Source of the DNA: the human T2T-CHM13v2.0 reference genome, Homo sapiens
Length of the DNA stretch: 64,000 nt
Assembly: GCF_009914755.1 (NCBI RefSeq)
Contig: NC_060936.1
Reading direction: 5' to 3' (one strand)
Shown: positions 47,212-64,000 of the stretch, piece by piece
How positions within the stretch are numbered: position 1 is the first letter of the stretch
Layout of the letters: the number at the start of each line of letters is the position of its first letter
The notes under the pieces: generated by a model
Told to the model about the DNA's origin: nothing
Seen by the model: the letters and a program-made list of their open reading frames with translations, nothing else
The model's database searches: none
Program-made: the position numbers and the translations under genes

Positions 47212-48217
47212 GTATTATATATACTACATTACATATAATTATTGCATATAATATGTATACTATTATATATGCCATCTTGTATATAATGTATAACACTCTG
47301 TTATTACTGTTGATCACCCTTATTGCACCCTCATTCCCTTTGTAGAGCTGGGAAACTATACAAGTAACAGGAAGCCTCTCCTTGCCTCCCTGATGACAAA
47401 AGCATCTTCTGCTTTGCAGACCTGGGTGGAAGGGTGGGGTGGGGCCTGACTGATTACCAGCAGCACTGGGCTATCTCAACTTACCACACACCTTCAGTGT
47501 TGACCTTTAATGGCCGTACAGCACCCTGCTCCCCAGCCCTCCACACCTCTGATATCTCACCCAGCCCAGGCAGGCTGCAGGTTGTCAGGATCCATCTGCA
47601 CTAGCATCAGGAGGCTGCCTTGGAGGCCCACGTGCTCCAGGGCTGATATTTACAAGCACTCAGCATTGGAGCTGCCTTTGTTACATCTAAAAAATATGGT
47701 AACTTCTGGGATGGGGCCAAGGCACAGAATTGCTCAGGTAGTAACTGGAGGACAGAGAAATAATAGTGGTAGAGATAAGAAACCTTGATGGTAATAATAC
47801 TGAACAGATCAGGAACAGCTGCTTTGCCACTTAATATTTCACAAGCATTGTAATCACTTCATCCAGTCCCAGCCCGTCTTACCGGTGAGATAATGAAGTC
47901 AGAGAGAGGGAATAATTTACCACATTGACATGGCTAAGAAGTGACAGCACCAGACCCCCGATGGAAATCACTCTAATTCCAAAGCCCCTACACTGACCAT
48001 CCTCCACAAAACTGTCAACCTGTGCAAATACATAATTATTGAGTCCAATGGAATTTTCATTATATTTGTCTTTTTCACATAATATTATTTTATTAAGACT
48101 CATTCTGGTCCTTAAATAGTCTTTGGAAACATGATTTTAATTGCTGTATAATATTTAAACACATGAATGTACCATAACTTGTTTACTCTCCTTTTTTTGG
48201 ATATTGGATTGTTTCTA

Positions 48218-48520
48218 CTTTTTTTTTTTTTTTTTTTTTTTTTGAGACAAGGTATTGCTCTGTCACCCAGGCTGAAGTGCAGTGGTGCAATCTTGGCTCT
48301 CTGCAACCTCTGCCTCCTGGGCTCAAGCCATCCTCCCATCTCAGCTCCTGAGTAGCTGGGATTAGACGTGTGTGCCACCACACGCAACTTATTTTATTTT
48401 TTGTAGAGACAAGATCTTGCTGGGTTGGCCAGGCTGGTCTCAAACTCCTGGGCTCAAGCGATCTTCCTGCCTTGGCCTGCCAAAGTGCTGGGATTACAGG
48501 CATAAGCCACTGCACTCTGT
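48218..48520 (-). mobile_element. AluJ
   Basis: Antisense Alu. Confidence 0.9.
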
Positions 48521-49274
48521 CTATTGGCATCATTTTTATGAGGTTGGGTGTTCTCTGGAGAGACCTTCCAATCACAGGAGAGTCTCAGAGATGATAATTG
48601 TGTCTTGACTGAGAAAAATGAGCCTCCACAGGTTCCCTTTCCTGAGAGAAGACTCCCCAGATCCAGCCCATGAACGCCTATTCCCAGCAAGCTCCCTCCG
48701 TGAAATCATAGTTTGCTTTGCACTTCCAAATGAGCAACGCCACCTCCCCGGCTGGCTAACCCATACCCTGTTTCAAATTGCTTCGGTTTCACATTCCACA
48801 GAGGTATTTCCTGATGTTCACTTCATCCAGCAGTGTCTGTCTAGCCCCGGGATTACTGAGAAGCAAGAGACAACCCTAAATTTTTCTTTTTTTTCTTTTT
48901 TCTTTCTTTCTTTTTTTTTTTTTTCACTTTCCCCTAAAACCCCACAGACTTTTGCCACCTGCCTTCTTTGACCATTCCATTCTCGCTCCCTTCGGGGTAT
49001 TTTGGGAGAACCATCTAAAGAAAAGTCGTTTGGGATTTTTTTTGGTTGTCTTCTCAGAAAGTGTTTTGAAATCCAATCTGAATCTCAAGTATGTTTTGAG
49101 TTGTGTTCAACTTTTAATGTTCTGTGAAAATTTGGATTTAATTAATTTCTCTTGCATTCGGAAACAGTGTGATACTTTTCTTTTTTCTGTTTCCTGGACC
49201 AAGACCTTACCACATTCATGGAAAAAATGAGGTGGTGCGGAGTATTTTCTCATAAGAATTCATATAAAATGGCT

Positions 49275-49397
49275 TGGACAGGCATGGTGGTGTGCGCCTG
49301 TAGTCCCAGCCACTCGGGAAGCTGAATGGGAGGATCACTTGAGTGCAAGAATTTGAGTCCAGCCTGGGCAACATAGCCAGACCCTGTCTCTAAAAAA
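49275..49397 (+). mobile_element. FLAM/Alu monomer
   Basis: Single Alu arm with short A tail. Confidence 0.85.
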
Positions 49398-49649
49398 TGA
49401 TAATAATTTTAAAATGGATTGAAATTGTTGCATAAGGGGAAATGACCGATTTCTGACCCTAAGGCTATGCTAGCAGCAAACTGCAGGTGAATGTGATTGG
49501 GTGTATTTCAACCCCAAAGGGGAACTTGTCATGTCATCTGGTGTAGCTGACACTGGTAGTGACCTTTGTGACTTCATGGGCCAATAGGCCATGCATTTCC
49601 TTTGTGTGGTGGAGCCCCAGCCACTGGACTTGAGTCTATAATGCTGTGT

Positions 49650-50415
<766 letters not shown>

Positions 50416-50814
50416 TCCCTCCAGGCTCAGGCTCACCACCCCAAATGCCAGGACATCCCAACAATTGCCTGTCAGTGTTGGGAGAGGAAGTCTTCCCCTG
50501 CCATGGATTCCAGCTCACAACCTCTCTTCCACAGCGAGTAAGTGTGATCTGGTGGTACAGAGGTGATACTTGAGGACACTTCTGAAATATTTGCGGGGCA
50601 AAGTGAGGTGGGGGCATGCCCAGATGGTGGTGGCATTTCCTGTGGGAGGAGGCCCCACCGGGGAATTTCACTGTCAAGAGACTAAGAGTTGAACCTCAAC
50701 CTGAGTCACCAGAATGCCTTCGGGCTTCAGAGTCTCCATCTCTAAGATGTGGATGAGAAGCTTGTCCCTGGGGTTCTCATGTGAATTAATGGAGGTGAAC
50801 GTGAATCCAATAAA

Positions 50815-51120
50815 GCGCCTGTCATCCCAGCACTTTGGGAGACCCATGCAGACGGATCACCTGAGCTCAGGAGTTTGAGACCAGCCTGGCCAACATGGTG
50901 AAACCCCATCTGTACTGAAAATACAAAAATTAGCTGGGTATGGTAGTGCATACCTGTAATCCCAGCTACTTGGGAAGCTGAAGTGGGAGGATCTCTTAAG
51001 CCCAAGGAGGCGGAGGTTGCAGTGAGCCAAGATCCCACCACTGCACTTCAGCCTAGGTGACAGTGAGACCCTGTCTCAAAAAAAAAAAAAAAAAAGAAAT
51101 AAAGAAAAAAAGAAAAAAAA
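50815..51120 (+). mobile_element. Alu (slightly 5' truncated)
   Basis: Sense Alu; aaagcgcct on both flanks. Confidence 0.9.
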
Positions 51121-52292
51121 GAAAGCGCCTCGCCTGTGTCCTATGATCATGCTATCGCCATCAGAGAACCTTAGTATTGGCGTATGAAGATATGAAGACT
51201 GGGGTGATATTGCACACTTCATAATGAAAGCCTGAAATAATCAACCTTTTAGATTCTAGTTAAAAAAAAAAGCAACAAAAACAAGCAAATGAACCCCCTA
51301 AGGACCAGTTAATCAGAAAGGAAAGCCCAAAGATTGTCTACCTCCCTTTGCACCTGGTGGGGTGGGCACCTTTGCAGAACCATGCCTGGTGCTGATAGAT
51401 TTGGTGGACTTGTGGGGCCAGTTTCAAAAGTGCTGTGGGAAGCCAGGTGGAGAATTTTCAGGTTGCTCAATGGCAGACACGATGGTCTAACTCCAGGCAA
51501 AGATCTGAATCTTGGCGATTGGTTTATTTGATCTGCCTAGTCATCTGTTCACTTCCTTCATCTCCTTTCTCCCAAATCTACCCTGCTTGCTGAGCTCAGA
51601 AGGCTCGGGGACAAAGCTCTGGCTTCGGCGTCAAACACCCCTGCATTCAAATCCCAGCCCCGTTCCTTACTAGCTGGGTGACTTTGGGCCAGTTACTTAA
51701 CCTCTCTGATCTGAGTGCTAAATTATTGAAAATGCAAACAGTCGAGAAAAAGTGCTTATGGGAGTTTCTAGGACATAGAGGGTGATCGGTGAGTGCTAGT
51801 TTCTTTCCCTCCTGTTGGGAGATATTTACTCAGTAGAGTCTCATGAGAGTTGAGCTATGGTGGTACAGGAAACAGGTCCTGTTAGACATATTGAGAATGT
51901 GTGTTCCCATATTGGCTTCAGGGCCATTAATCTCTCTAGGCCTCCGTTTCCTCATTTCATCAGTAAAATGAGAAAAAAAATGGTCTCTCTGACCTCATAA
52001 GGATATTCAAGAAAATAAGGTAGTGATCTTTGGAAAATCAAGTATAATAGCCCATTATTGAAGAAAAAGAAAAGTATTCATTTCCAAAAGCTTTCAGGAT
52101 GTACATATGTTCTACATTCTCTTTAAAAGCATTTGTTTTTCTTGGGAAAAAAATGAAGCCTACAGCTTTTAATGATCAACCACAATGGTCACCATCCATT
52201 TGAGAATAATACACACTGATCACGTCCCCTGGCGTGTGAGCTACCCGCGGAGTACTAGCAAGCACAGACTTCATGGTTGTCCTATGTGCAAC

Positions 52293-52503
52293 TGACCTTG
52301 ACCTCTGATGCTGTGCATCTTGGCACAAAACCAACAGCTTCGTTTTGCAGAGAGCCCATTTACGGGGCATCCTGGGCTGGGGGGTGACTCAGTAGAGGAA
52401 AACGTGGCCACCCGGCCAGCTTGGAGGCAGCCACTTCAGCCAGTTCCAGAGGAGGATGTGTAAGAATGGTCAGCCCCAGTGGAAGACCTTTCCTGCAAGG
52501 TCA
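52293..52503. promoter_or_regulatory. Candidate enhancer motif cluster (nuclear-receptor DR0, AP-1, NR5A/ERR-type half site)
   Basis: TGACCTTGACCT 52293-52304, TGACTCA 52385-52391, CAAGGTCA 52496-52503. Confidence 0.4.
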
Positions 52504-54768
52504 GCGGCAATGATTTCATGACCGGTGGGCCCACCCTGACTGCACAGCCGTGGAAAATCCTCCAACAGAGACGGGAAAGAGAAAAGGGAACCCACCCTAC
52601 CCAGAAATGAGGCTGGGCTGAGCACAGATGGTGCAGGCTGAGAAGGGCACTGCCAAGAAGTACAGACCGAAGGAGATACTTCCAGCTGCCACCAAGCTGC
52701 TGGGACACGGGCGTGCTGTCCTTCTGGTGACAATGAGAGCCATCCGAGGGCCACCCTTGGGATATTGTGCAAATGGCAAGTATTTCAGATGGCCTGTGGG
52801 TGTCCGAGGGAAGGGAGCAGTTTCAGGGCTTCTGTTTGAGAGAGTTATTTTTTTTTTTAATGGAAAAAAACACCACCCGCTTTGCCTGTGGAATCATCAG
52901 AAGTTGGTGATGATGACAGGAACAGGATCTCAGAATAGGAACCAGCTGGAGATTCATATGGAGAAAAACAAAGGTCTTGATGATTTATTTTTCTCTCTTC
53001 TCTCAGCATGTTAGCAAAACAAACAAACAAAAGGGGAAAAAAAGCTTCAATGAACTCTTAAGAAACAAAAATGAAAACACACAGAGCATCTAGGGAATCA
53101 GCTTTGCCCTTCCCCGCTCCTGCAGGATTGGAGGGAACTGCAATCATTGTGACCACTGGGAATACTGGCCTCTGCCATAACACTCCAAGAGGCAAGCCCT
53201 AAATGGCACCACCAGGCAAAATGGCAGGCCAAGTGGAAAGGCAGGAAGCGGCTTCCACTGGCTGCAAACGCTTGGCTCAACACCACGGGCTGTTTCTGAC
53301 CATGGAGAGGGCAGCACCTCCAGCTTCGCAGGGGCTGTGTTCTGGGGACAACCACGGACATCTCCCACCTCATCCCTCCATTCATACCTCCCTTTCCATA
53401 GACAGTCGGGGACTCTAATAATCCCCAGCAATGAACCTGGGCCGAGGTGGTCATGGATGGGTGGTGGTCATCGGTCATTGCTTTGTGGGATGTCAAGCTG
53501 GAAGACAGGAAGGGTGAAGACAGGGTAGCTGTGGGAGCGCTACCCTCGGGGGCTTGCTGATTCTTATGCACTCTCTCTGGCATTGGAAGGACTTTCAGAC
53601 TGTTTCAAATTATCTATGAATAAATTTCCTTTTGGATCGTCAGGCAATCAGGCAGCAGAAGTGGAAGATGCCTCCTGAGCCAGCAGAGCCCCTCCAGGAA
53701 AATGCCTGCCAGACGCTGGGAACTTGGCTCGAGGTTGGGTCTTCACAGCCAAGGCTTTGGCGTGGAGATCAGAACGGAGGGTTCTAATAGCAACCAGGTG
53801 GATGCGGAAGGGCACCCGAGAGCCAGCATCCCTCCAAGGCAGAGCATCAGAAAATGAAAAGCCCTATGATTGCAGGAAATGATCCTGCAGTAGGAAAGAC
53901 AGCGAACTTTGCCCCCAAGAGGAAAAACATACTTTTGCAAAAGATTTTCTACCAGAAATGGAAGTAAATTACAGAAAGCTGTCTTGTGTTCACAATAAAA
54001 TTCAAGGACATGTGACCTTAAAATGAGATAAACTTAGATGCAAAGACACAGGATTGCAATGAAAAGGAGACATGGCAAAGATGAAGGCAGAAACAGCCAG
54101 GGAGCTCCGTGTGTCTAGGAAGGCCCTGAGGAAATACACCTGAAAAACGGACGGCGGCATTCGCAGCAGAAACAAGTGAAACAGTAGAAAATTGAATCAA
54201 TGATGTCCAGAAATGAGGGGGAACTATTGTTTGCCAAACAAGAGCCATGTTCCCACCTCAACATTTTCCAGGCTAACGGAATCCTTATCTTCCTCAGAGT
54301 CCTGAGCCCTTCTAGGGGGCGGGCGCTGGCCCCTCTTTGGCCCCAGGATGTGAATCTCTGTTGCTTAAGTCAACCACGATGCTCTCATTCGCCTTCAGCA
54401 ATGACCCTCTTAGGCCTGGTCATAGGATGCCCAGCCAGCCCAGGACTCATGAGGTGGCCTCTGCAGGAGGACATGTGGAGAAGGGTCTCCTCACCAGGAG
54501 GAGGAAGCACGTGGAGGAAGTGGTTTTTTTCTGAGACATTATCTTACCTGCACACAATGCCTGTAACTATGTCCTCCCTCTATCCACCAAAGACGGCAGA
54601 GAAGAAAGAGGGAAGGAACCTGGATTTAAGCTATGATGTTACTGAGTTAGCCAGTCCTGGAGTTTTCTACCTCTGCCCCCCTTGTTATGAGACACAATGA
54701 ATATTCCTACTGTTTTAGTCACTTGCAGGAGGGTGTCCTGCTGTACGTAGCTAAAAATACCCTATCTA

Positions 54769-55044
54769 CCAGCTGGGTGTGGTGGTGCATGCCTGTAGTT
54801 CGTTTCTCAGGAGGCTGTGGCAGGAGGATCACTTGAACCCAGGAGTTCGAGACCAGCCTGAGTGGCATAGCGAGACTCGAGTCCCTAAAAAATAAAAAGT
54901 GCCACATGCCTGCCTGTAGCCTGTAGTCCCAGCTATGTCGGAGGTCAAGGCAGGAGGATCACTTCAGCCTAGGAGTTTGAGGCTGCAATGCTCTATGATT
55001 GTGACATTGTACTCCAGCCTGGATGACAGAGGGAGCCCGTTTCT

Positions 55045-55079
<35 letters not shown>

Positions 55080-55085
55080 GAAAGA
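54769..55085 (+). mobile_element. FLAM plus AluJ right arm, after an old MLT1 fragment
   Basis: Two Alu-derived monomers, (AAAAG)n tail, TSD aaaataccctatcta. Confidence 0.85.
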
Positions 55086-55948
55086 ATAGAGAAAATACCC
55101 TATCTAGGATAAGTTTAAGCAGCTCTCCTAGAATGCAGAAGGAGAGAAAACAAAAAGAGATGGTGATAAGACAAGAATGAGAAAAATGGGAACCAAACAA
55201 TGGGCGACATCCTGAAGAAGAAACCAGAACAAACCCAGACAGGCACGATAGAAGCTGCGAAAGGAATGTGGGTCTGCAAACTGAAAATAATGCCTGGCTG
55301 TGGGTCACACTCGGACGAATCCGTGTGAAGACAGTAACACACTGGGCAGAAAGGCAAAGGATATGGACAGAATTCACAGCAAAATACTGTTCAAATGGCC
55401 CTTACGTTTATCAGCAGATCCCTGGCCTTCCTCCTAATAGAATTGAAGATCGAAACTAGACCCTGTTACCATTTCCACTGCCTGTCAAGCTGGTAAATGT
55501 GCAAGTTAGAGAGAATGCTGTGGGTCCTAAGCTGGGGCACCAAGGATGCTGGCCCATTGCTGGTAGGAACGTCAGGGCTTCAACCGCACCTGGGGGCAAT
55601 TTGTTAACATAACAAATGCACACACCCCTTCTAGGAATTTATCCTACAGTGATATGCACAGGTGTGAAATAACACTTGGACAAGGTTACATAGTGAAGCT
55701 TACTCCTAATAGCAGAATATTGGAAACAACCTGAAGTCCATTCATAAATTATGATCCATCAAAAACTAGACAACATTTAATATCCTGGCATAGAAACATC
55801 TCCAAGATGGAGTGTTAAACATAAAAGGCAAGATGTGAATAGCATACTGCCATTTGTGAAGAAAGGAGGAATCAATCAATATATCTATTTATCGATCAAT
55901 TATCTATCAATTATCTATCAATCTATTATCTACTTATCTATTGATTAA

Positions 55949-56247
55949 TTTTTTTCTTTTTTATTTTTTTGAGACAGAGTCTTGCTCTGTCACCCCCAGC
56001 TGAAGTGCAGTGGCGCGATCTCGGCTCACTGCAACCTCCACCTTCCAAGTTCAAGCGATTCTTGTGCCTCAGCCTCCTGAGTAGCTGGGACTAAGGTGTG
56101 TGCCATCATGCCCAGCTAATGTATTTTTGTAGAGACAGGGTTTCACCATGTTGGCCAGGCTGGTCTTGAACTCCTGGCCTGAAGTGACCCACTCACCTTG
56201 GCCTCCCAAAGTGCTGGGATTACAGGCGTGAGCCACTGAGCTTGGCC
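55949..56247 (-). mobile_element. AluS
   Basis: Antisense Alu within degenerate TATC-rich sequence. Confidence 0.95.
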
Positions 56248-56266
56248 CTGATTGATTTTTTGACTT

Positions 56267-56271
<5 letters not shown>

Positions 56272-56311
<40 letters not shown>
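56272..56311. repeat. (TATC)10 tetranucleotide STR
   Basis: Ten perfect TATC units with degenerate flanks. Confidence 0.95.
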
Positions 56312-56313
<2 letters not shown>

Positions 56314-56366
56314 ATCCATCTGTCTATCTATGCATCTATCAATCATCTATCCATCTCTTTGCTTGT

Positions 56367-58700
<2,334 letters not shown>

Positions 58701-58830
58701 GAGAACAGAGATTGCAGGTGAGAAGGTGAACTGGGTATCTGGGGACTGGGAAAGAATTTCTGAGTAATTTCTCAGTAGATCTGTTTTTATCCTCCCTTTA
58801 TATTAAAAAATTTAAAAATAACAGTGATAA

Positions 58831-59155
<325 letters not shown>

Positions 59156-59341
59156 TAATATTTTTTATTTATATGACAATTTATTGTAAGAGTAGCGGTC
59201 AGCATCATATTAAATGATGAAGCCATGGAGACATTCCCATTAAAAATTAGAAACAAGACAAGAGTGCCTGTTATCACTGCATTGCTGAATGTTGTTCTGG
59301 TTAAGCCACATAAGCCAATGTAATAAGACATGGATATTAGA

Positions 59342-59651
<310 letters not shown>

Positions 59652-61248
59652 TTAGAAAGAGGATAAAGTGATTGAAAAGAAGATGGGCTTATTATTATTT
59701 ACAGATGAGAGTGTTTTCTACTATGATTGCTTTGCTATTTGGTGGTTATGACACATTTTATATATTTTTTGAGATTTGGATCATTTTTTAGGGGCATCTT
59801 CTATCATTTGTTTATAAGCACAGATATAGGGAGGTGGATACAGGCAACATTTAAACTTAAGTGGCTCTGAAATGTATTTTACATTAATTGCAAAAATCCT
59901 TACTTGGAGAATTTTTAAACGGCGACATAAGGAGGCCATATTTATTTAAATGAGAATGTTGAGGTGAAAGGCAAACTCATAGGAGGCTGGGTGGTGAGAA
60001 GGATAGAAGGAGGCCTTTTTGGGCCGCTCATCTGTGAATTCTCCCACCTCTAGAGGCTTTCAGCAAGCTGAAACCCAACTAGTACATGGAAGGTAATTGG
60101 CTGTAATTAATTCCACAACCCTGGGCCTCTTGCAAGGCCTCCTGGGTAAACAAAAGCAAAAACACATTGCAGCAAACCCCTCCCCGCTGCCTAACTCTGG
60201 ATACATGAGACTAGAGTCCTTTTGACCGTGCCCTGCCAACTGCCAAAAACCCGTCGACAGGCTGGGTCCTGAAGGACCCTCGGGAAGCCCTCGCCCTGGG
60301 GAGGGAGCACCGAGGCCGGCTCTTTGCAGTTGCTGTGTTTTTGCTTTCCGCAGGCCCAGCTATGTAAGCCCCACTGGGTCCCAGTTGGCCAAGTTGCTTT
60401 TGTTCCTTCTTTATTCTGTTTCTAGTAGTACAAAGCAGTTTCAGCTGCTTACCCTCATGGGCCATGAGCTGCTGGAAGAGGGTGGCAGTGTGGGGAGGGG
60501 GTGCCCCTTAGAATCGCTCTACTTCTGAGTCCCCACCCTGCCCAATCAGACCCCACAAGCGGCTGACCCCAAGAGACGGCACTCAGGGGCCTTCTCGCTG
60601 CAGTTCGTCTTTGCATCCTCTCTCCCATAATTCATTCTACACACAGTAGCCGGAATGATCTTTCAGAAACATAAATCACATCAACCCCTGTTTAAACACA
60701 GCCCCACCCCCGCCCCTCCCCCGGCTTTCTTTTGCTCTTAGTATCAAATCCAAACTCCATTCTCAGGTTCCCCAGGACCCTCCTGATCTTCCCCTGCCTA
60801 CCTCTTCAAGTTAATCTAGCATCCCTCTCTCTGGACCCACTGGCCTTGCTGTTCCTTGAATACACCATGCTTGTCCCTTCACTTCCTGGTCTCTTTGTCT
60901 GGAAGATCCACCCCCAGGGCTCTACAGGGCTTGCTCTTTCTTATCCTTAAAATCTCAGCTTTGAACCTTCCCTGAGTTCTCTACCACTGGCAGACCCCTT
61001 CCAGCTTGTTCTCTCCCTGCAGCCTTTTACCTTATTTGTTGGTTTGCATATTATTTCCTGTATCTCCCTACCCCATCCCTAACCCTGAAGAAGAGGCCAC
61101 TTCCCTTCCATGAGGGCAGAGACTCTGTCTTATCACTGCTGTGCTTTGCACAGAGTAGGGAACAAAAAACACACATTCAATTATTTTAGTTGATTATTTA
61201 AGGAGAAACATATGCCTGAGGACTGAGTTTATCAGAACAAAATCTAAA

Positions 61249-61425
61249 CAGAGGTGGTTTACTTCAAAGGCCAGGAACTGAAGCTTCAGCGTCCTCACCC
61301 GAATAGCCACCTCCAAGGCCCTGGATCTAATTTTGCACTTGTAATTTTGTACTTTTTTTTTTCTTTTAAAGAACTCCCCTGAAACTGCGTAAGCTTCAGA
61401 TGCCCCAAAACCTGGATCTACTCTG
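61249..61425. mobile_element. MER91-like hAT-Tip100 MITE
   Basis: gaagcttcag...aagcttcagatgccccaaaacctggatctactctg. Confidence 0.6.
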
Positions 61426-61761
61426 GCCACCAAAGATGGGTTAGTGGTCAGATGCCACGCTGGGTAGCAAATAATGGTGATCATCGTAATAAACAATAAC
61501 AATAAATAACAGCCGCCTGGTAGGAATAATAGTAACAATCATAGCAGGAGCGGTTACTTAGCAAGCTCCGTGCTTGTGCTACCAGCCACTCTGCAATGCT
61601 ACACCCATTTTCAAGATGAGGAAACAGAGGCTCGATGGGTAGCGAGGCTCGCCAAGCAAGCTTGGGCCTGTCTGCTGCTTGAACTCATGCTCACGGCCGT
61701 GGCTTAGTTTGCATCAGATAGCCCAGAAAGTGGCTGAGTGACCTGTAGAAAGTGTTTCTTG

Positions 61762-62052
61762 GGCTGGGCGCGTTGGCTCACGCCTGTAATCCCAGCACTG
61801 TGGGAGGCCGAGGAGGGCAGATCACGAGGTCAGGAGATGGAGACCATCCTGGCTAACACGGTAAAACCCCGTCTCTACTAAAAATACAAAAAATTAGCCG
61901 GGCGTGATGGTGGGTGCCTGTAGTCCCAGCTACTTGAGGAGGCTGAGGCAGGAGAATCGCTTGAACCCAGGAGGCAGAGCTTGCAGTGAGCCGAGATTGT
62001 GCCACTGCACTCCAGCCTGGGTGACAGAGGGAGACTCAGTCTCAAAAAAAAA
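61762..62052 (+). mobile_element. AluY/Sc-like
   Basis: gagaccatcctggctaacacgg; gaaagtgt flanks. Confidence 0.95.
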
Positions 62053-62243
62053 GGAAAGTGTGTCTTTTCAGGCCCCTGACTCCTATGGGCTGAGCAGAAT
62101 TTTGCAGAGGGGCCCCAGCCCTGTCCATTGAGGGACTCTTGGCCCCTCTCCTTTCTGGTGACCCTGACTCGTACCCCATGAAGCTGGACGTGGGCAGTGG
62201 TGGAGTTCCAGCCCTCACCCCTATTCTGCAGCTAGTTCCAGTA

Positions 62244-62878
62244 CAGCCGGTCCTCACTATTCGTGGTTGCTGTGTTTGCGAATTTGCCTGCTCACCGAAA
62301 TGCATCTATAACTCCAAATCCAGTACTCACGACACCTTGGCCGTCACTTGATGCGTGCCGAGTAGCGAGCAACGTGTCTCCCGACACACATGCTCTCAGC
62401 TGAGGTTGCACAGGGCAGTGCTCTGCCTCCTGGCGTCAGCTCACACACCCCTGACAAGTGCCCTTTTCACAGTCTGTTTGGTGTCATGCTTTTTGCACTT
62501 GTGTGCTTCTTGTTGGTTTTGCTGTTTGCGACGGCATCCTTGTGGAGCGGTGAAGGGCGGGTCTGGTGTTTCTGAGCTGTGGGGTGCCTGATAGAGAAGA
62601 TGCGGGTGTTACGGACACTTCGTTCAGCCTGAGTCAGAGAGGCTTTGGCTATGGGATGTGCATGTGGATGAAGCAACATTGGACATTAAACAAGGTGTCT
62701 TCAAACAACACACACATAAAGCAAGGTTATGCATTGATCAGTGGATGAAATATTGTGCCTAGAGGCCTGCAGGAACCTAACCCTGTATTTTCCCTGAGAG
62801 CAAGGGTTCAGCATTTGTGAATTCAGTGTTCGCAGGGACCTCATAAAACATAACTCCTGCGAATAGCAAGGACTGCTT
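62244..62878 (+). mobile_element. MER82-like Tigger DNA transposon
   Basis: tacagccggtcctcactattcg start; gcaggaacctaaccctgtattttccc near the end. Confidence 0.8.
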
Positions 62879-63199
62879 TATCTCTTTTCTGACCCCAAAC
62901 TGGATTCAAGTAGGTGCTCTGCAAGCCTGTTCTGAAGCTTCTTTCACTTCTGAATTCCCCGCACCCTCCATGTTGGGTGCCCATTGCTGTCTGTGCAGTG
63001 GAGTTTTGCCAACCACGGGTGCCCACAGATATCCACGGCCTTTGGGCAAACCTGTCAAGAGTGTGTGCCGTGGCTTCTGGAATGCACTGGAATATTCCCT
63101 GGCTGCATGCTGTGCTTCTTTCTGCGGGGCTGTGTGTTACCCACTCCATAAGAGGGAAACAGCTCAGTAACATCCCTACAGCCCATCCTGGGCTATTCA

Positions 63200-63637
<438 letters not shown>

Positions 63638-64000
63638 TTAAAATGGGACCCTACTGTTTTGAATCAAATTCCCTTTAAAAACATAGACTCAATTTCTTTC
63701 CCTTCGTCCTCCCTGCCCCTGCCCCAGGTCTGGAACCATTCTCCCCCATCCCTCCCCGGACCCCAGCCTGCTTCATCACACATCGGGATTGGCCATTCAA
63801 ATTCTCCTTTTACAGGACGTGTGCTGCACCGAAGGGCTTAACATTCCCTCCTTGTTTTCAGTGGGCTGGGGTGTGCAGGGGGCCCCGGGTGGGAGCAGGA
63901 GGCTGAGGAGAGCCTGCTGCGGCAATGAAAGCACCAGGTTCCTCCTCTTTCTCAGGCGCGGCCCCTCCTCTGCCAGGCTGTGCAAGCCAGTTCCGCCTGT

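Noticed and set aside
52628-53014. 128-aa ATG-initiated ORF with a possible GC donor (ATG|GCAAGT)
   Set aside because: No recognisable homology, length compatible with chance, only a non-canonical donor

Overview
Primate (human-like) genomic DNA, non-coding and rich in repeats. It holds about 40 Alu/FLAM elements, old L1/L2/MIR fragments, five ERV1 solo LTRs (LTR8-, MER4A-, MER61-, MER4D- and MER66-like), a full-length THE1A and a near full-length MLT1A MaLR element, and several hAT/Tigger DNA-transposon fossils. Repeat family names are recalled from consensus sequences, not from a search, and many boundaries are approximate. I recognise no known protein-coding gene, tRNA, rRNA or CRISPR array, and cannot name the locus. 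Most supplied ORFs are translated repeats or chance frames. The best unexplained signals are: (1) a ~92% identical inverted duplication of apparently unique sequence (21246-21602 vs 22925-23411) around a 1.3 kb spacer with AP-1/TEAD motifs, with a chimeric half-Alu in one arm; (2) two well-formed + strand exons at 26.8-27.6 kb that could encode a 47-aa peptide with a hydrophobic N-terminus; (3) divergent THE1 LTRs that each retain a DUX4 motif; (4) a perfect nuclear-receptor DR0 in a repeat-free island at 52 kb; (5) several small local duplications. All are hypotheses, not a demonstrated new system.
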